DNA of 64,000 bases from Saprospirales bacterium (lineage in GTDB: Bacteria; Bacteroidota; Bacteroidia; Chitinophagales; Saprospiraceae). The stretch spans positions 12,602 to 76,601 of the forward strand of contig JADJTT010000014.1 of assembly GCA_016711045.1 (NCBI GenBank). Reading direction: 5' to 3'. The notes beneath the pieces are model-generated. The model was not told the DNA's origin, did not search any database, and worked only from the letters and a program-made list of their open reading frames with translations. Position 1 is the stretch's first letter. Each line of letters starts with the position of its first letter. The translations under genes and the position numbers were made by a program. Shown piece by piece: positions 55,545 through 64,000 of this stretch.

Positions 55545-55608
55545 GGATTCTGTATACTGCCCAATTTTCTATAAATTGCGGCACTTTTTAAGTTTATAAA
55601 AAACGGGT

Positions 55609-56715
55609 ATGCGGAAAACCATTTTCGTTGCGGCCACAGGGCAACATGTCGGTAAAACCACTTCCACGCTGGGCCTGGTGGCCAATTTGAAGGAAATGGG
55701 GATCAATGTGGGGTATTGCAAGCCGGTGGGGCAGCAACATGTCGATATAGACGGGATGATCGCCGATAAGGACGCGGTCCTTTTTGCCGAGGTATTGGGG
55801 TTTAATCTGGATCCGGTGCTGCACAGTCCCGTCATTTTGGGCGATGGCATCACTGCGGAGTTTATTGACCATCCGGAACAATTTGAGTTTCAAAAACGCC
55901 TGGACTATGCGGCGGCTGAACTGGCTCGCCTGCACGATGTAGTGGTATACGAGGGTACGGGCCATCCCGGGGTGGGTAGTGTGGTAGGCCTCTCCAATGC
56001 AGATGTGGCCCGTCGGTTAAATTCTTCTGTAGTCATGATCGCGGAAGGAGGGATCGGCAGTACGGTCGACCGCCTGGCCTTGAGTCTCGCCATTTTCCGG
56101 GAACAAAACGTCCCCATCATCGGGGTGATCATCAATAAGGTCTTGCCGGAAAAACTGGAAAAGATCCAGCATTACCTCGGTAAACGGTTTGCTCAAATGG
56201 GCCTGCCGCTGTTGGGCGTCGTTCCTTATGACAAATCGCTTTCCTTTCCCATTATGGAGACCGTCAAGCAGGCGGTGCGGGGACATGTAGCCTTCAACGA
56301 GGAAAAGCTAGGCAACCGGGTGGAGGAGATCGTCTCCGGTTCGTTGATCGGCACGGAAGAATTGAAGTCTTTCCAAAATGTGTTGCTGGTCGTTAGCCAC
56401 AAGCGGCTCGAAGAAGCCATTGGCAAGATCAAATGGATCACTGCGGCCCGTGGGCTAGATGAGTCGCCGCTCTCCGGAGTGATCGTCACCGGCGATGGGC
56501 GCCATGAATTTCCGGTGGAGCAGTCGGGTGTTTGTATGGAATACTTCATGACCCATGAGATCCCCGTATTGACCACTGCCCTGGATACCCTGGGTTCCGT
56601 GATCAAAATCAGCCGCATCGAGGTCAAGATCAATACCCGCACACCCTGGAAAGTGCAGCGCGCTGTGGAGTTGATCCGGGAGCATATTCCCTTGGATACC
56701 CTTTTAGGGGTGTAA
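55609..56715 (+). CDS. Stand-alone homolog of the phosphotransacetylase N-terminal region (BioD-like P-loop domain plus DRTGG-like domain), without a PTA_PTB catalytic domain
   Basis: [42 protein letters not shown] resembles the Pta/BioD-like N-terminus. 368 aa, ending before any acetyltransferase domain. Confidence 0.65.
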   Translation: MRKTIFVAATGQHVGKTTSTLGLVANLKEMGINVGYCKPVGQQHVDIDGMIADKDAVLFAEVLGFNLDPVLHSPVILGDGITAEFIDHPEQFEFQKRLDYAAAELARLHDVVVYEGTGHPGVGSVVGLSNADVARRLNSSVVMIAEGGIGSTVDRLALSLAIFREQNVPIIGVIINKVLPEKLEKIQHYLGKRFAQMGLPLLGVVPYDKSLSFPIMETVKQAVRGHVAFNEEKLGNRVEEIVSGSLIGTEELKSFQNVLLVVSHKRLEEAIGKIKWITAARGLDESPLSGVIVTGDGRHEFPVEQSGVCMEYFMTHEIPVLTTALDTLGSVIKISRIEVKINTRTPWKVQRAVELIREHIPLDTLLGV

Positions 56716-56720
56716 AAACT

Positions 56721-57224
56721 ATGACTCGCATCGGCCTTCTCTCCGACACCCACGGGTACCTGCACCCATCCATTTTCACGCATTTTGCCGAATGTGAGGA
56801 AGTGTGGCATGCCGGAGATATCGGTTCGGTAGAGGTGGCCGACCAGTTGGAGGCATTCAAGCCATTTCGAGCCGTGTACGGCAATATTGATGGCGGGCCG
56901 TTGCGCCGCCGTTATCCCGAAGACCTTCACTTCACCTGCGAGGGGGTAAAAGTATACCTCACCCATATCGGGGGCTATCCGGGCAAATACCCGGCACGCA
57001 TCAAGCAGGCCTTTGAGGTCGAGCATCCGGGGCTATTCATTTGCGGCCATTCCCATATCCTCAAGGTCATGCCCGACCCAATTTACCAGTTGCTCCACAT
57101 CAACCCTGGCGCCTGCGGCCGGGAAGGCTTTCACAAGATCAGTACCCTGGTGCGGTTCAGCCTGGCGGAAGGGAGGGTAAAAGACCTGGAAGTCATAGAG
57201 TTAGGCCTCAGGGGGCGGATGTAG
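56721..57224 (+). CDS. YfcE/MJ0936-family metallophosphoesterase
   Basis: IGLLSDTHG, WHAGDIG, GNIDG, HIGG, CGHSH. Confidence 0.85.
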   Translation: MTRIGLLSDTHGYLHPSIFTHFAECEEVWHAGDIGSVEVADQLEAFKPFRAVYGNIDGGPLRRRYPEDLHFTCEGVKVYLTHIGGYPGKYPARIKQAFEVEHPGLFICGHSHILKVMPDPIYQLLHINPGACGREGFHKISTLVRFSLAEGRVKDLEVIELGLRGRM

Positions 57225-57417
57225 AAAAAGCCTGAAGCGGGCGTTTTTTATTTGCATCAAAAAGGCAATAATTAATACTTATTCGTACTTTTGGGATGAA
57301 TTTATATCTCAACGAAAAAGTCAATCTCCTCAAAGGCCAATTTTTGTCTCAGTCTCTTTTTGCTACATCCTGTTCCCAAAAGGGGCAGGGCACACTAACA
57401 AATTAATCTCATCGAAA

Positions 57418-60400
57418 ATGAAACGAACCTCTACCTTCCGTTTCGGAAATGTCGTGCATTTCTGTTTGCTCCTTGCAGCAATTTCACTTTTCTCCTTAAC
57501 TAGTTCTGCTCAAACTGTCCTGATCAATCCAGCGGGAGATGGCGGATTTGAAAATGGTTCTTCCTTTGCCGCAAACGGATGGACAGTTTCAAATACCCCT
57601 ACCAGCCCATACAATGCCTGGTGGGTAGGTACGGTTCCTGCGCAATTTTCGCCCAGTAATTGTGCGTACGTCTCCGACGACGTGGCGGGCGCAACTTACA
57701 ATTACAACACAGGTCAAGGGAACCAGATCCATTTTTACCGGGATGTGACCTTTCCCGCCGGCGAACCGGCTATTACCCTGACTTTTCAGATAGTGGTAAA
57801 TGGGGAATCAACCTGGGATTTGCTTCAGGTTTCCATGGCGCCAACCAGCGTAATCCCGACTGGATCCAGCACCTATCCTGGTTCAGGTTTGACCGCCATT
57901 GTTCCCGGCGCTACCTTGATAGGTAATTACAATTTATTGGGTACCAGTGTGCAAACCATCACCGTGACAATTCCTCCCTCGTTGGCAGGTAACTGCTCGG
58001 GCCCTAATACCATGCGCCTGATATTCTCCTGGAAAAGCGACACTTCGGCAGGCACACAGCCGCCGGTTGCATTGGATAATATTTCTCTTGTAAGCGCGCC
58101 GCTATCGCCCAACCCGGCAAGCGGACCCTTCACGATCAATAATACCCTTCCTACGGGGGGCGTCAACTTCAACTCTTTCACCGCCGCCATCAACTGGCTG
58201 AATGCAGCTGCCGGATGCGGCCTTTCCAACCCCTTGGTATTTAACGTCTCCGCAGGACAGTCTTTTGCCGAAAACACGCCGGCTATCACAGCAAGCGGTA
58301 CGGCTGCGAATACCATCACCTTCCAAAAAACAGGTGCAGGGGCCAATCCAGCTATTAACCCGACGGGTACTACTGCCCTGACCGATTTTGGCATTTGCAT
58401 TTCGGGGGGCGACTACATCACTTTCGATGGGATCGATATCAATACTCTGGGTTTAACTACGGTGGAATTTGGGTACCTGGTCCGCAACGCTTCGGCAACA
58501 GATGGGGCTCAGAACAATACCGTCCGCAATAGTACGATTACCATGGCAAATACGAATACCTCGTCAAGGGGTATTCTCCAGACAGCCACCACGACCGGTG
58601 GTGGGTTTACCCCCACCAGTGCGGCAGGGGCTAACACCCAGAATATTTATGAAAACAACTCCGTTAACACGGTGCATACGGGAATTTACCTGCTGGGAAC
58701 GGCGACTTTCCCGGATATGAATTGCCAGGTCAGGAACAACACGGTTGGCGGCCCCGCTGCCAATGATATCGGAGGCGCTACGGTATCCCAAAGTGCCGGC
58801 GTCCGTGCTGCCAACCAGAGCGGTGCAATGGTCTTCGGAAACCTGATCCAAAACGTAGGCGTTGGTACCATCGTCGATGGCATCCTTTTCGAATTGTTCC
58901 AGGGCAACTGCCTGGCGTATGATAACATGATCCAGAACATTGTCAATACGGGAACAGCTTCTACGTCGACTGCTTCCGGGATCCGGGTGACACATGCGAC
59001 AACCGGAACCCATAATATCCGCATTTATAACAACATGATCACTGGGCTTACCTCGGCATACACCGGTGCAGCCACAGCTACCCGGGTGATCAGAGGGATC
59101 AATATCACCGGTACGGGAGGGGCCACTACCCAAACATACGATATTGTCTACAACAGTGTGCGGCTAGACGCTTCGGCTTCTCCCAACGTATCGAGTTCCT
59201 GTTTTGAAATAGCCACCACCAGTGGCCCGGTTTTCAATATTCAAAACAACATCTTTGCCAACTTCACCGGCGCTCAGAGCGGCGTAGCGGTGCATTTTTG
59301 CTGGCGCTCTACCTCTGCTACCGCAATAGGTAATACGGGATCTGTATCGAACTACAACGTGTTGTACGTGGCCAATGGCACCAATGGCTATACCGGCCAA
59401 GGCAATACGACCAACTATGCCACGCTTGTAGATTGGCAGACTGCTACCGGCCAGGACCTGAACAGCTGGGCACAAAACCCGCAGTATATCAGCGCTGCCA
59501 ACCTGCATATTTCTACCTCTGCGGCTACTCCGGTGGAAGGCCATGCTACCTCCATCGCTTTTGTAACCCTGGATAAGGACGGGGATGCGCGAAATGGCTC
59601 GACCCCGGATATCGGGGCTGATGAAGGCAGTTTTACCCCGTTGATGAACAACGACATGGCTGCACAGTCATTCGTTGTCCCTGCCAATGGTGGCGCCGTC
59701 ATTGCGGGCAATAACTTCACTCCTTCTGCTGTGTTTGAGAACGTCGGCGTTTTGACACAAAACGCTGTTCCGGTGCGCTTCCGTATCCTTGGTCCCGCGC
59801 CTTCAATAGCGGAGATCTATAACCTGACTGCCGCCACAGGTGTCTTGTCTCCGGGCGGGTCCCAAACGGTGAGCTTCCCTCTGACCAACATTGCAGTCAC
59901 CGGTATGTATACGATGATTGCCAAAGCAGAACTCGTCGGCGATCAAAATACGGCCAACGATGAGATCACTGGCTCTTTTGAAGTAGCAGGTCCGCTCAAT
60001 GGAGTTTATCCGGTAGGCGCTGCTCAAACACCTCCGTTCAACACACTGAGCAATGCCATAGCCCGTCTGAATGCCGTCGGTGTTTCAGGGCCCGTTACGT
60101 TCCTCCTGACGGATCCGACTTATCCTTCGGAAACATTCCCGATCGTGATCAACCAATTTCCCGGCGCACGCCCGGTGAATACATTGACGATCAGACCGCA
60201 GGGTACCACGACCATCTCCGGTTCGTCAACAAGCTGTCTGATCACCCTGCTCGGCGCTGATTATGTGATCATTGATGGGTCTAACTCAGGCGGCACCGAC
60301 CGGAGCCTTACGCTGGAAAATACGTCCACTTCCGCTAGTACAGCAGTGGTTTGTGTAGAAAGCCTTGGAGCGGGTGCTGGCGCTACTGACGACGCCATTA

Positions 60401-63400
60401 AGAACACGAATATCATTGCAGGAAGTAACGTGACTACCTCCACCTTTGGTATCTATAGCGCCGGGACCACGGTAAGTACAGCGGGTACAGGCGATGACAA
60501 CGATAACCTGTTGATCCAGAACAACAGCATCACACGTACTTATTACGGCATTTACACCCGTGCTACAGGTGCAGCCGGGGCGCATGACGGGTTGCAAATA
60601 ATCGGCAACTCCATCGGTTCGAATAACCCCAGCGATTATGTCATTTATCGCGGGGTAATCGTGCAATATGCCAATGCGCCAGTTATTACGCAGAACACCA
60701 TTTTCAACCTCCAGACGACCAATAGCCTCAGTATTGCAGCGGTGGACCTGGCTGCTGGCGTGATGGATGGACAGGTGACCAGGAACAATATCTCTGGGAT
60801 CTACAGCACGAGCTCCGGAGGATGGAGCGCTTATGGCATATTAATCTCCACCACAACTGGGACACCGAACAATAACCTGATTGCCAATAACTTCATCTCC
60901 GATATTCTTACGGCCAATTATTCTACTACCAGTACTACTTTTAATGCGTTTGGTATCCGACTGGCAGGTGGAACCAACACAAAGGTGTATAATAATACGA
61001 TACACATGTTCGGTCCGGTAACTGCCGGTACTAGTGCTGGATCATCAGCTAATCTATTGGTGACCACCACATCGGTAACAGGTCTGGAAGTAAAAAACAA
61101 CGTTTTTGTCAATACGCAAGAATTCCTTACATCGGTTTCAGCTGCGTTGAACATTTGGGTGCCGACAGGCTTTGCCTTTGCGGCTATCGACAACAACGAC
61201 TATTACGGTGTAAGTGCGGGTAACACGATATATGGCGTAGCCAAAGTCGGAACAGTGACTGGAGCGCCTACCCATCTGACCCTGGCCGACTGGCAGGTAT
61301 ATACCGGACAGGACCTCAACTCGGTCGCTGTAGCCCCTGTGTTCGTTTCCAATACGGACCTGCACATGCAGACTACCCTCAACCCAGTGATCGACGGGGG
61401 CGCCATGCCTTTGGCTGCCGTGCCGGTTGACTATGACGGGGATGTGCGTGATGCAGTCGCATCAGATATCGGCGCCGATGAATTTTTCGACTGCACCGAT
61501 CCTGCCAATTTCGTCAACGTACAGATTGCAGCAGATCCGGCCAACGCAATTATTTGCGGACAAGGCAGCGTGACCCTAACCGCTAGCGGCGCCAATACCT
61601 ATGTTTGGAGCCCTGCCACCGGATTGAATACTACCACGGGGCCGCAGGTGATCGCATCGCCGATGTCCACCACCACCTACACAGTGGAAGGGACCAATAC
61701 GACGACCGGATGCACCGGGACGGCTCAAAAAACCGTCAGTGTATTCGCGCTGCCAAACGCACAGATCACTCCTGCAGCGCCTGCTATTTGCCTGGGTGGC
61801 TCGGTACAACTGACGGCCAGCGGCGGGACTTCCTATGCCTGGAGTACCATGGAAACGAGCCCATCTATCACTGTCTCTCCGGCCCAGACTACCACGTATT
61901 TCGTGGCAGTTACCGATGGGAACGGCTGCTCGAATTCGACTTCCGCTACCGTTACTGTCAACAATCCGCCGGTTATAGAAGCGCTGATCACCGAACCGAC
62001 AGCTTGTACTTCTACCAACGGCGCCATCAACCTGACCATAACCGGCGCCTCCCCCTACACGTTCAACTGGGCAACGCCCAACGGAACTGGTCTTGTTCAA
62101 GGACAGGAAGACCAAACCGGTCTTGGCGTAGGTACCTACTACGTGACAGTGGAAGACGGTAATGGTTGTGTGTCAACCGGAGCATATACCTTGCTCGGAC
62201 CTGGTGGTTGCGATGTATGCCCGCTTATGGGCACACTGACTACCAACCCTGCGCCTGCAGCTTGTGCGAACGCTTCAGTAGACCTGACAGATTCCGGCCT
62301 GACAAATATGGGTGTCTCCTACGGCGTGCACTTTAAATATTCTACCTCGCCTTTGGCGGATCCTTACATCGGTGGGGTTACCATCGCCATTGTGCCCAAT
62401 AGCGGCCTGACCAGCTTAGGCTCTGTTGCTTCGACGACTACCTCTTTCAGCGCAGCCAACACATATTACTTATACGCTATTCTCGATCCGCTCCCACTTG
62501 ACCCAACCTGCCGGCCGTTCGCTACGACTTCCCTGGTGGTAAATCCCAACCCGACAGTCAATGCGGTTTCCAGCCAGGTGGTTTGCAATAACTCCGGTAC
62601 TACGGCGGTCACTTTTACCGGCTCGGTAATGGGCACGGTTTACAACTGGACCAACAACAACCCCTCCATTGGCCTGGCTGCCAGTGGCTCGGGTAACATA
62701 CTCTCTTTTGTAGCTACTAATAACGGTACTGCTCCGGCGGTGGCCACCATCATCGTTACTCCGGAATATTCCAATGCCGGCGCAACCTGTACGGGACCAT
62801 CTACCAGTTTCACCATTACCGTAAACCCGACCCCGACGGTTGCCGATCCGGCTGATCAGGTGCTCTGCGCCGGCTCTTCCACTTCGGTCACCTTCGCCGG
62901 CACGGTGCCGGGTGCGGTTTACAACTGGACCAACAGCAACACGACTATTGGCTTGGCTGCCAGTGGTTCGGGTAATATCGGGACCTTTACCGCAACCAAC
63001 AATACCGGGGTAACCCAAGTAGCCACGATCACGGTTACACCTTCTTATACCAACGGCGTTACCTGCACAGGTGCTTCGCAGACATTCACTATTACGGTGA
63101 ACCCGCTTCCTGCCATGAACCAACCGGCCAACCAGGAAGTTTGTGGTGGCAGCCTCACGCAGGCGGTGACCTTTACTGCGGTTTCGGGAACTACGTTTAG
63201 CTGGACAAACAACAACACCTCCATTGGCCTTGCTGCCAGTGGCACAGGCAATATCGCAGCCTTTACCGCAGTCAACAACACTGGGGTGGTTCAGGTAGCT
63301 ACCATTTCGGTATCGCCTACTTATACCAGCGCAGGTCTTACCTGCACCGGCAACGCGGTTACCTTTACCATTACGGTCGATCCGCAGGCTACGGCCAATG

Positions 63401-64000
63401 TGGGCGCCGATCAGGTGATCTGCCAGAACCAATCCGCTAACCTCACTGCTACCCTTGGCGGCACAGCTACCGGTGGCACCTGGAGTGGCGGCGCCGGTAC
63501 GTTCGGCAATGCGACCTCCCTGACTACCACCTATACTCCGGCTGCCAGCGAATATGGCACGACCATTACACTTACTTTTACGACCAACGACCCGGCAGGT
63601 CCGTGCCCGGCAGCTTCTGATGCGCTTCAGCTTTCCATCAATACGCTGCCTATCGTCTTCGCCGGTCCGGATACGAAGATCTGTGAAGGCGATGTCCTGA
63701 ATCTGGGTTCGCTGGGCGCTTCTATTATTGCCAACGGCAGTGGAGTGACAAGCGGGACCTGGAGCACAACCGGTACCGGTACATTCCAACCAGATATCAA
63801 CTTCCCGCCAGGCGCCACCACCTATGTACCCAGCGCGGCTGATGTGGCTGCCGGGCACGTAACGATCAAACTGACCAGTGGGGATCCTTCCGGTCCTTGC
63901 AGTTCGGTGAGCGATGCGTTTGTATTGACCTTTAAAGGACCCGAACCAGTGGCATGTAACGACCTGGTCCAGATCTCCCTCGATGGAGATGGCGTTTCGG
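57418..64000 (+). CDS. Giant secreted surface protein (more than 2190 aa, 3'-truncated by the window). N-terminal MAM/anchor-J-like domain, two parallel beta-helix modules, SprB-type and PKD-like Ig repeats
   Basis: I translated it codon by codon from the ATG at 57418 (MKRTSTFRFGNVVHFCLLLAAISLFSLTSSAQT) to nt 63999 with no stop. It is not in the supplied ORF track because it lacks a stop. A SprB-like repeat is CTSTNGAINLTITGASPYTFNW...YYVTVEDGNGC. Confidence 0.85.
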   Translation, partial: MKRTSTFRFGNVVHFCLLLAAISLFSLTSSAQTVLINPAGDGGFENGSSFAANGWTVSNTPTSPYNAWWVGTVPAQFSPSNCAYVSDDVAGATYNYNTGQGNQIHFYRDVTFPAGEPAITLTFQIVVNGESTWDLLQVSMAPTSVIPTGSSTYPGSGLTAIVPGATLIGNYNLLGTSVQTITVTIPPSLAGNCSGPNTMRLIFSWKSDTSAGTQPPVALDNISLVSAPLSPNPASGPFTINNTLPTGGVNFNSFTAAINWLNAAAGCGLSNPLVFNVSAGQSFAENTPAITASGTAANTITFQKTGAGANPAINPTGTTALTDFGICISGGDYITFDGIDINTLGLTTVEFGYLVRNASATDGAQNNTVRNSTITMANTNTSSRGILQTATTTGGGFTPTSAAGANTQNIYENNSVNTVHTGIYLLGTATFPDMNCQVRNNTVGGPAANDIGGATVSQSAGVRAANQSGAMVFGNLIQNVGVGTIVDGILFELFQGNCLAYDNMIQNIVNTGTASTSTASGIRVTHATTGTHNIRIYNNMITGLTSAYTGAATATRVIRGINITGTGGATTQTYDIVYNSVRLDASASPNVSSSCFEIATTSGPVFNIQNNIFANFTGAQSGVAVHFCWRSTSATAIGNTGSVSNYNVLYVANGTNGYTGQGNTTNYATLVDWQTATGQDLNSWAQNPQYISAANLHISTSAATPVEGHATSIAFVTLDKDGDARNGSTPDIGADEGSFTPLMNNDMAAQSFVVPANGGAVIAGNNFTPSAVFENVGVLTQNAVPVRFRILGPAPSIAEIYNLTAATGVLSPGGSQTVSFPLTNIAVTGMYTMIAKAELVGDQNTANDEITGSFEVAGPLNGVYPVGAAQTPPFNTLSNAIARLNAVGVSGPVTFLLTDPTYPSETFPIVINQFPGARPVNTLTIRPQGTTTISGSSTSCLITLLGADYVIIDGSNSGGTDRSLTLENTSTSASTAVVCVESLGAGAGATDDAIKNTNIIAGSNVTTSTFGIYSAGTTVSTAGTGDDNDNLLIQNNSITRTYYGIYTRATGAAGAHDGLQIIGNSIGSNNPSDYVIYRGVIVQYANAPVITQNTIFNLQTTNSLSIAAVDLAAGVMDGQVTRNNISGIYSTSSGGWSAYGILISTTTGTPNNNLIANNFISDILTANYSTTSTTFNAFGIRLAGGTNTKVYNNTIHMFGPVTAGTSAGSSANLLVTTTSVTGLEVKNNVFVNTQEFLTSVSAALNIWVPTGFAFAAIDNNDYYGVSAGNTIYGVAKVGTVTGAPTHLTLADWQVYTGQDLNSVAVAPVFVSNTDLHMQTTLNPVIDGGAMPLAAVPVDYDGDVRDAVASDIGADEFFDCTDPANFVNVQIAADPANAIICGQGSVTLTASGANTYVWSPATGLNTTTGPQVIASPMSTTTYTVEGTNTTTGCTGTAQKTVSVFALPNAQITPAAPAICLGGSVQLTASGGTSYAWSTMETSPSITVSPAQTTTYFVAVTDGNGCSNSTSATVTVNNPPVIEALITEPTACTSTNGAINLTITGASPYTFNWATPNGTGLVQGQEDQTGLGVGTYYVTVEDGNGCVSTGAYTLLGPGGCDVCPLMGTLTTNPAPAACANASVDLTDSGLTNMGVSYGVHFKYSTSPLADPYIGGVTIAIVPNSGLTSLGSVASTTTSFSAANTYYLYAILDPLPLDPTCRPFATTSLVVNPNPTVNAVSSQVVCNNSGTTAVTFTGSVMGTVYNWTNNNPSIGLAASGSGNILSFVATNNGTAPAVATIIVTPEYSNAGATCTGPSTSFTITVNPTPTVADPADQVLCAGSSTSVTFAGTVPGAVYNWTNSNTTIGLAASGSGNIGTFTATNNTGVTQVATITVTPSYTNGVTCTGASQTFTITVNPLPAMNQPANQEVCGGSLTQAVTFTAVSGTTFSWTNNNTSIGLAASGTGNIAAFTAVNNTGVVQVATISVSPTYTSAGLTCTGNAVTFTITVDPQATANVGADQVICQNQSANLTATLGGTATGGTWSGGAGTFGNATSLTTTYTPAASEYGTTITLTFTTNDPAGPCPAASDALQLSINTLPIVFAGPDTKICEGDVLNLGSLGASIIANGSGVTSGTWSTTGTGTFQPDINFPPGATTYVPSAADVAAGHVTIKLTSGDPSGPCSSVSDAFVLTFKGPEPVACNDLVQISLDGDGVS
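62542..63378 (+). repeat. Three tandem ~93-aa (282/276/279 nt) PKD-like coding repeats inside the giant gene
   Basis: Each unit is NP.P....V.....VC.......VTF......Y.WTN.N..IGLAASG.GNI..F.A.N.......I.V.P.Y.....C.G....FTITV. Units start at 62542, 62824 and 63100. Confidence 0.85.

Overview
This is a chromosomal segment of a Bacteroidota-type genome. The evidence is T9SS C-terminal sorting domains, PorP/SprF, a SprB/PKD-like repeat adhesin, DUF1573 and TAnnTTTG-like promoter boxes; a finer placement such as Saprospiria-like would only be a guess. I count about 49 protein genes. I recognised no rRNA, tRNA, CRISPR array, transposase, integrase or phage genes.

Gene content, left to right:
- 3' end of a T9SS surface protein
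- a frameshifted SGLT-like symporter
- a PolX/PHP protein
- DUF1573, UbiA prenyltransferase, PorP/SprF and a TPR-PD40 protein
- a locus of two predicted secreted nucleases flanking a TonB-dependent receptor and an OB-fold-like lipoprotein
- TrmN6, a GT2 glycosyltransferase, futalosine-pathway genes (MqnE/C-like, MqnA) and msrA
- an orphan pntAA and an ArsR regulator
- a 12-kb acetate/propionate block: porin, DUF485, actP, small membrane ORFs, an SLC5-domain sensor kinase, a stand-alone receiver, acs, an MDR oxidoreductase and prpE
- a class III PHA block: SDR, thiolase, phasin-like, phaE, phaC, phaB
- another SSS transporter
- a module of alpha/beta hydrolase, a KASIII-like protein lacking the catalytic His/Asn, an adenylate-forming ligase, a Cys-rich lipoprotein, an outer-membrane beta-barrel and a paralogous hydrolase
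- a Pta-N-terminal-like protein and a YfcE-like phosphoesterase
- a surface protein of more than 2190 aa that runs off the window and is absent from the supplied ORF track

Most notable non-genic signals:
- A family of 7-nt-periodic (heptad) repeat arrays sits exactly at gene 3' ends (11.2, 43.5, 52.8 and 55.5 kb). Two of them supply the stop codons of real genes, and two bracket a two-gene module.
- There are several unusually long perfect palindromes with 26-28 bp arms.

Caveat: five genes carry single-nucleotide frame breaks in homopolymer runs, one has an in-frame TGA, and one lacks a canonical start codon. This pattern looks more like sequencing or assembly error than biology, but I cannot resolve it here. 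All coordinates and hairpins were worked out by hand and no database search was possible.
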